The translations under genes and the position numbers were made by a program. A DNA stretch of 64,000 nucleotides from Chiloscyllium plagiosum. Lineage: Eukaryota. This document shows positions 62,085 through 64,000 of this stretch, piece by piece. Under the pieces are notes generated by a model that worked only from the letters and a program-made list of their open reading frames with translations, searched no databases and was not told the origin of the DNA. Location of the stretch: the NCBI RefSeq assembly GCF_004010195.1, contig NC_057711.1, positions 78,928,456 through 78,992,455 on the forward strand. The letters run 5' to 3'. How positions within the stretch are numbered: the stretch's first letter is position 1; each line of letters opens with the position of its first letter.

Positions 62085-63990
62085 ACAAGAAGACCAAAAG
62101 GCGATAAGAAATAGGCACTATAGTAGGCAGCTTGGCCCTGCGAAACTGTTCATCCATTCAGTAAGATCATGGCTGATCCAACACTCCTCACAACTACTTT
62201 CCTGCCCTTTCCCTGTAATCCTTGATTCCCCCTACTGATGAAGAATTTATCTACCTCAGCTTTAAATATACACAAAGATTCTGCCTCCACAGTTCTCCAT
62301 GGCAAGGAGTTCCAAAGATTTACACCTCTGTGAGAAAAGAAATTCTTCCGCATCTCAGTCTTAAATTGGCACTCCCTTACGCTGAGACAGTCCCCTGTGG
62401 TCTTAGTCTCTCCCTTGGGAAGAAACATTCTCTCAGCATTTATCTTGTCAAGCCTCTTAAGAATCCTACATATTTCAATAAGAACTCGTTGCATTCTTCA
62501 AAACTACAATGAATAGAATCTCAATCTGTTTAATCTTTGTTGGTAAGTTGATCCCTCCATACCAGAAATCATTCTTGGGAACCTTCTCTGAACTGCCTTT
62601 AAGAAATGATATACCTTCTTCAATAAGTAGACTAAAACTACCTCACAGCATTTCAGATGTGTTCTCACCAGCACTTTGTACAGTTGCAGTAAGGCTTCCC
62701 TACTTTTATACTCTAACCCCCTTGAAATAAGGGCCAACATTCCATTAACTTCCTGATTACCTGTTGTACTTGTGTGCTAGCTCTCTGTGTTTCATGTACA
62801 AGTACCCCCAAGTCTCTTTGTGTTGCAGCTTTCTGCAACTTTTCTCCTTTTAAATAAAATTGTCTTCTTTATTCTTCCTTCTAAAATGAACAATTTCATA
62901 TTTCCCCACATTATATTTCATTGACTTATGTTTTGGTCATTTACTTAACCTATCAATATCTCTCTGTGAAGTGTTTGCATCCCTCTTACAAGCTGCCTCT
63001 CCATCTATTTTTGTATCAGCAAATTTGACTGCAGTATTTTCACTTCTTTCCTCTAAGTTATTAATAGATGAAGAGTTGAGGTCCCAGCTCTGACCCCTGT
63101 GGAACTTTAGCGGTCACAGGTCACAAACCGGAAAAAAAACCTTGTCCCTAGTTACTGGTTCCTGCCCATGAGTCAATTCTTTATCATGTCAATATACTAC
63201 CTCCAATATTGTGGGGTTTTGTCTAATGCCATCTGGAAGTCCAAATACAACACATCTACTGGTTCCTCTCTATCCACTCAGGTTGAGACCTCCTTGAAAA
63301 ACACCACTAAATTAGTCAGATGTAATTTTCCTTTCATGAAGCCATGCTGATTCTGCTTGATTAAATTATGATATTCCAAATGTTCTTCTTTTACATCCTT
63401 ATTAATTAATAATAAAACTTTTCCAACAATGGATGTTAAGCCAATCAATTAATAGTTACTTGCTTTTGCCTCTCTCCCTTTTGAATAGGTGTGTCACATT
63501 AGCAGTTTTCTAATCCTCCGTTAATTCTCCAGAATCCAAGGATTTTTGGAAAGTTATAATCAATGCATCCACAAACTCTGAGGTTGTCCCTATTAGGACT
63601 CTAAGATGCAAGCTGTCAGGGCCAGAAGACCTATCTGCCTTTAGCCCCATTAATTGTGTAACTGTATTTCACTAGTGATGGTGATGGTACTTAATTCTTT
63701 TGAATTAATATGCTGTGCTCAGAATCTTCCATCATATAGACTGATGGAAAGTATCTGTTTAATTCCTCTGTCATTTTCCATAACTATCTCCCCAGATTCA
63801 TTTTCTAAGAGTTCTATGTTCACATTGACTTCACTCTTTCTTTTTATGTACTTAAAGCAGCTTTTAATGTCATTTACCCTCATAGCTTATGTTCTGTTTC
63901 TTTGTTCCCTTTTTAGTCCTCCTTTGCTGGATTCTGAATTTATTTCAGTGTTCAGGGCTATCGCTGACTGTAGACTACTCCTACAATGTT
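62085..63990 (-). mobile_element. Decayed CR1 ORF2 and 3' end
   Basis: ORFs 62150..62494 (MRKNFFSHRGVNLWNSLP), 62504..62740 (LLQLYKVLVRTHL). Confidence 0.88.
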
Positions 63991-64000
63991 TTCTTTCCCT

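Overview
Eukaryotic, repeat-dominated, apparently gene-poor DNA from a cartilaginous fish. The HE1/V-SINEs, shark-type CR1 LINEs and Penelope tails suggest a shark, perhaps a carpet or bamboo shark (inference). No intact, recognisable host gene is present, and most of the long or recognisable ORF-track entries are transposon fragments. The window holds many CR1 fragments (one near-complete ORF2 at 50.1-52.8 kb), a full-length but frameshifted 5.6-kb L1 with a 15-bp TSD (54.5-60.1 kb), several Penelope-like (PLE) RT/GIY-YIG fragments, RTE, Rex/Babar, Gypsy, Harbinger and Tigger-like remnants, nine HE1 SINEs and one assembly gap. The most striking signal is a dense population of minimal type-I hammerhead ribozyme motifs (CUGANGA-N-stemII-GAAA-palindromic stemIII-UH) from four or five distinct PLE tail families. 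Many sit in 100-300 bp ORF-less insertions with 10-16 bp TSDs, folded back as inverted repeats with a ribozyme on each strand. A low-confidence chain of minus-strand candidate exons (about 35.4 to 18.9 kb) may be a host transcript. Boundaries of old repeats are approximate and family names are assigned by eye.
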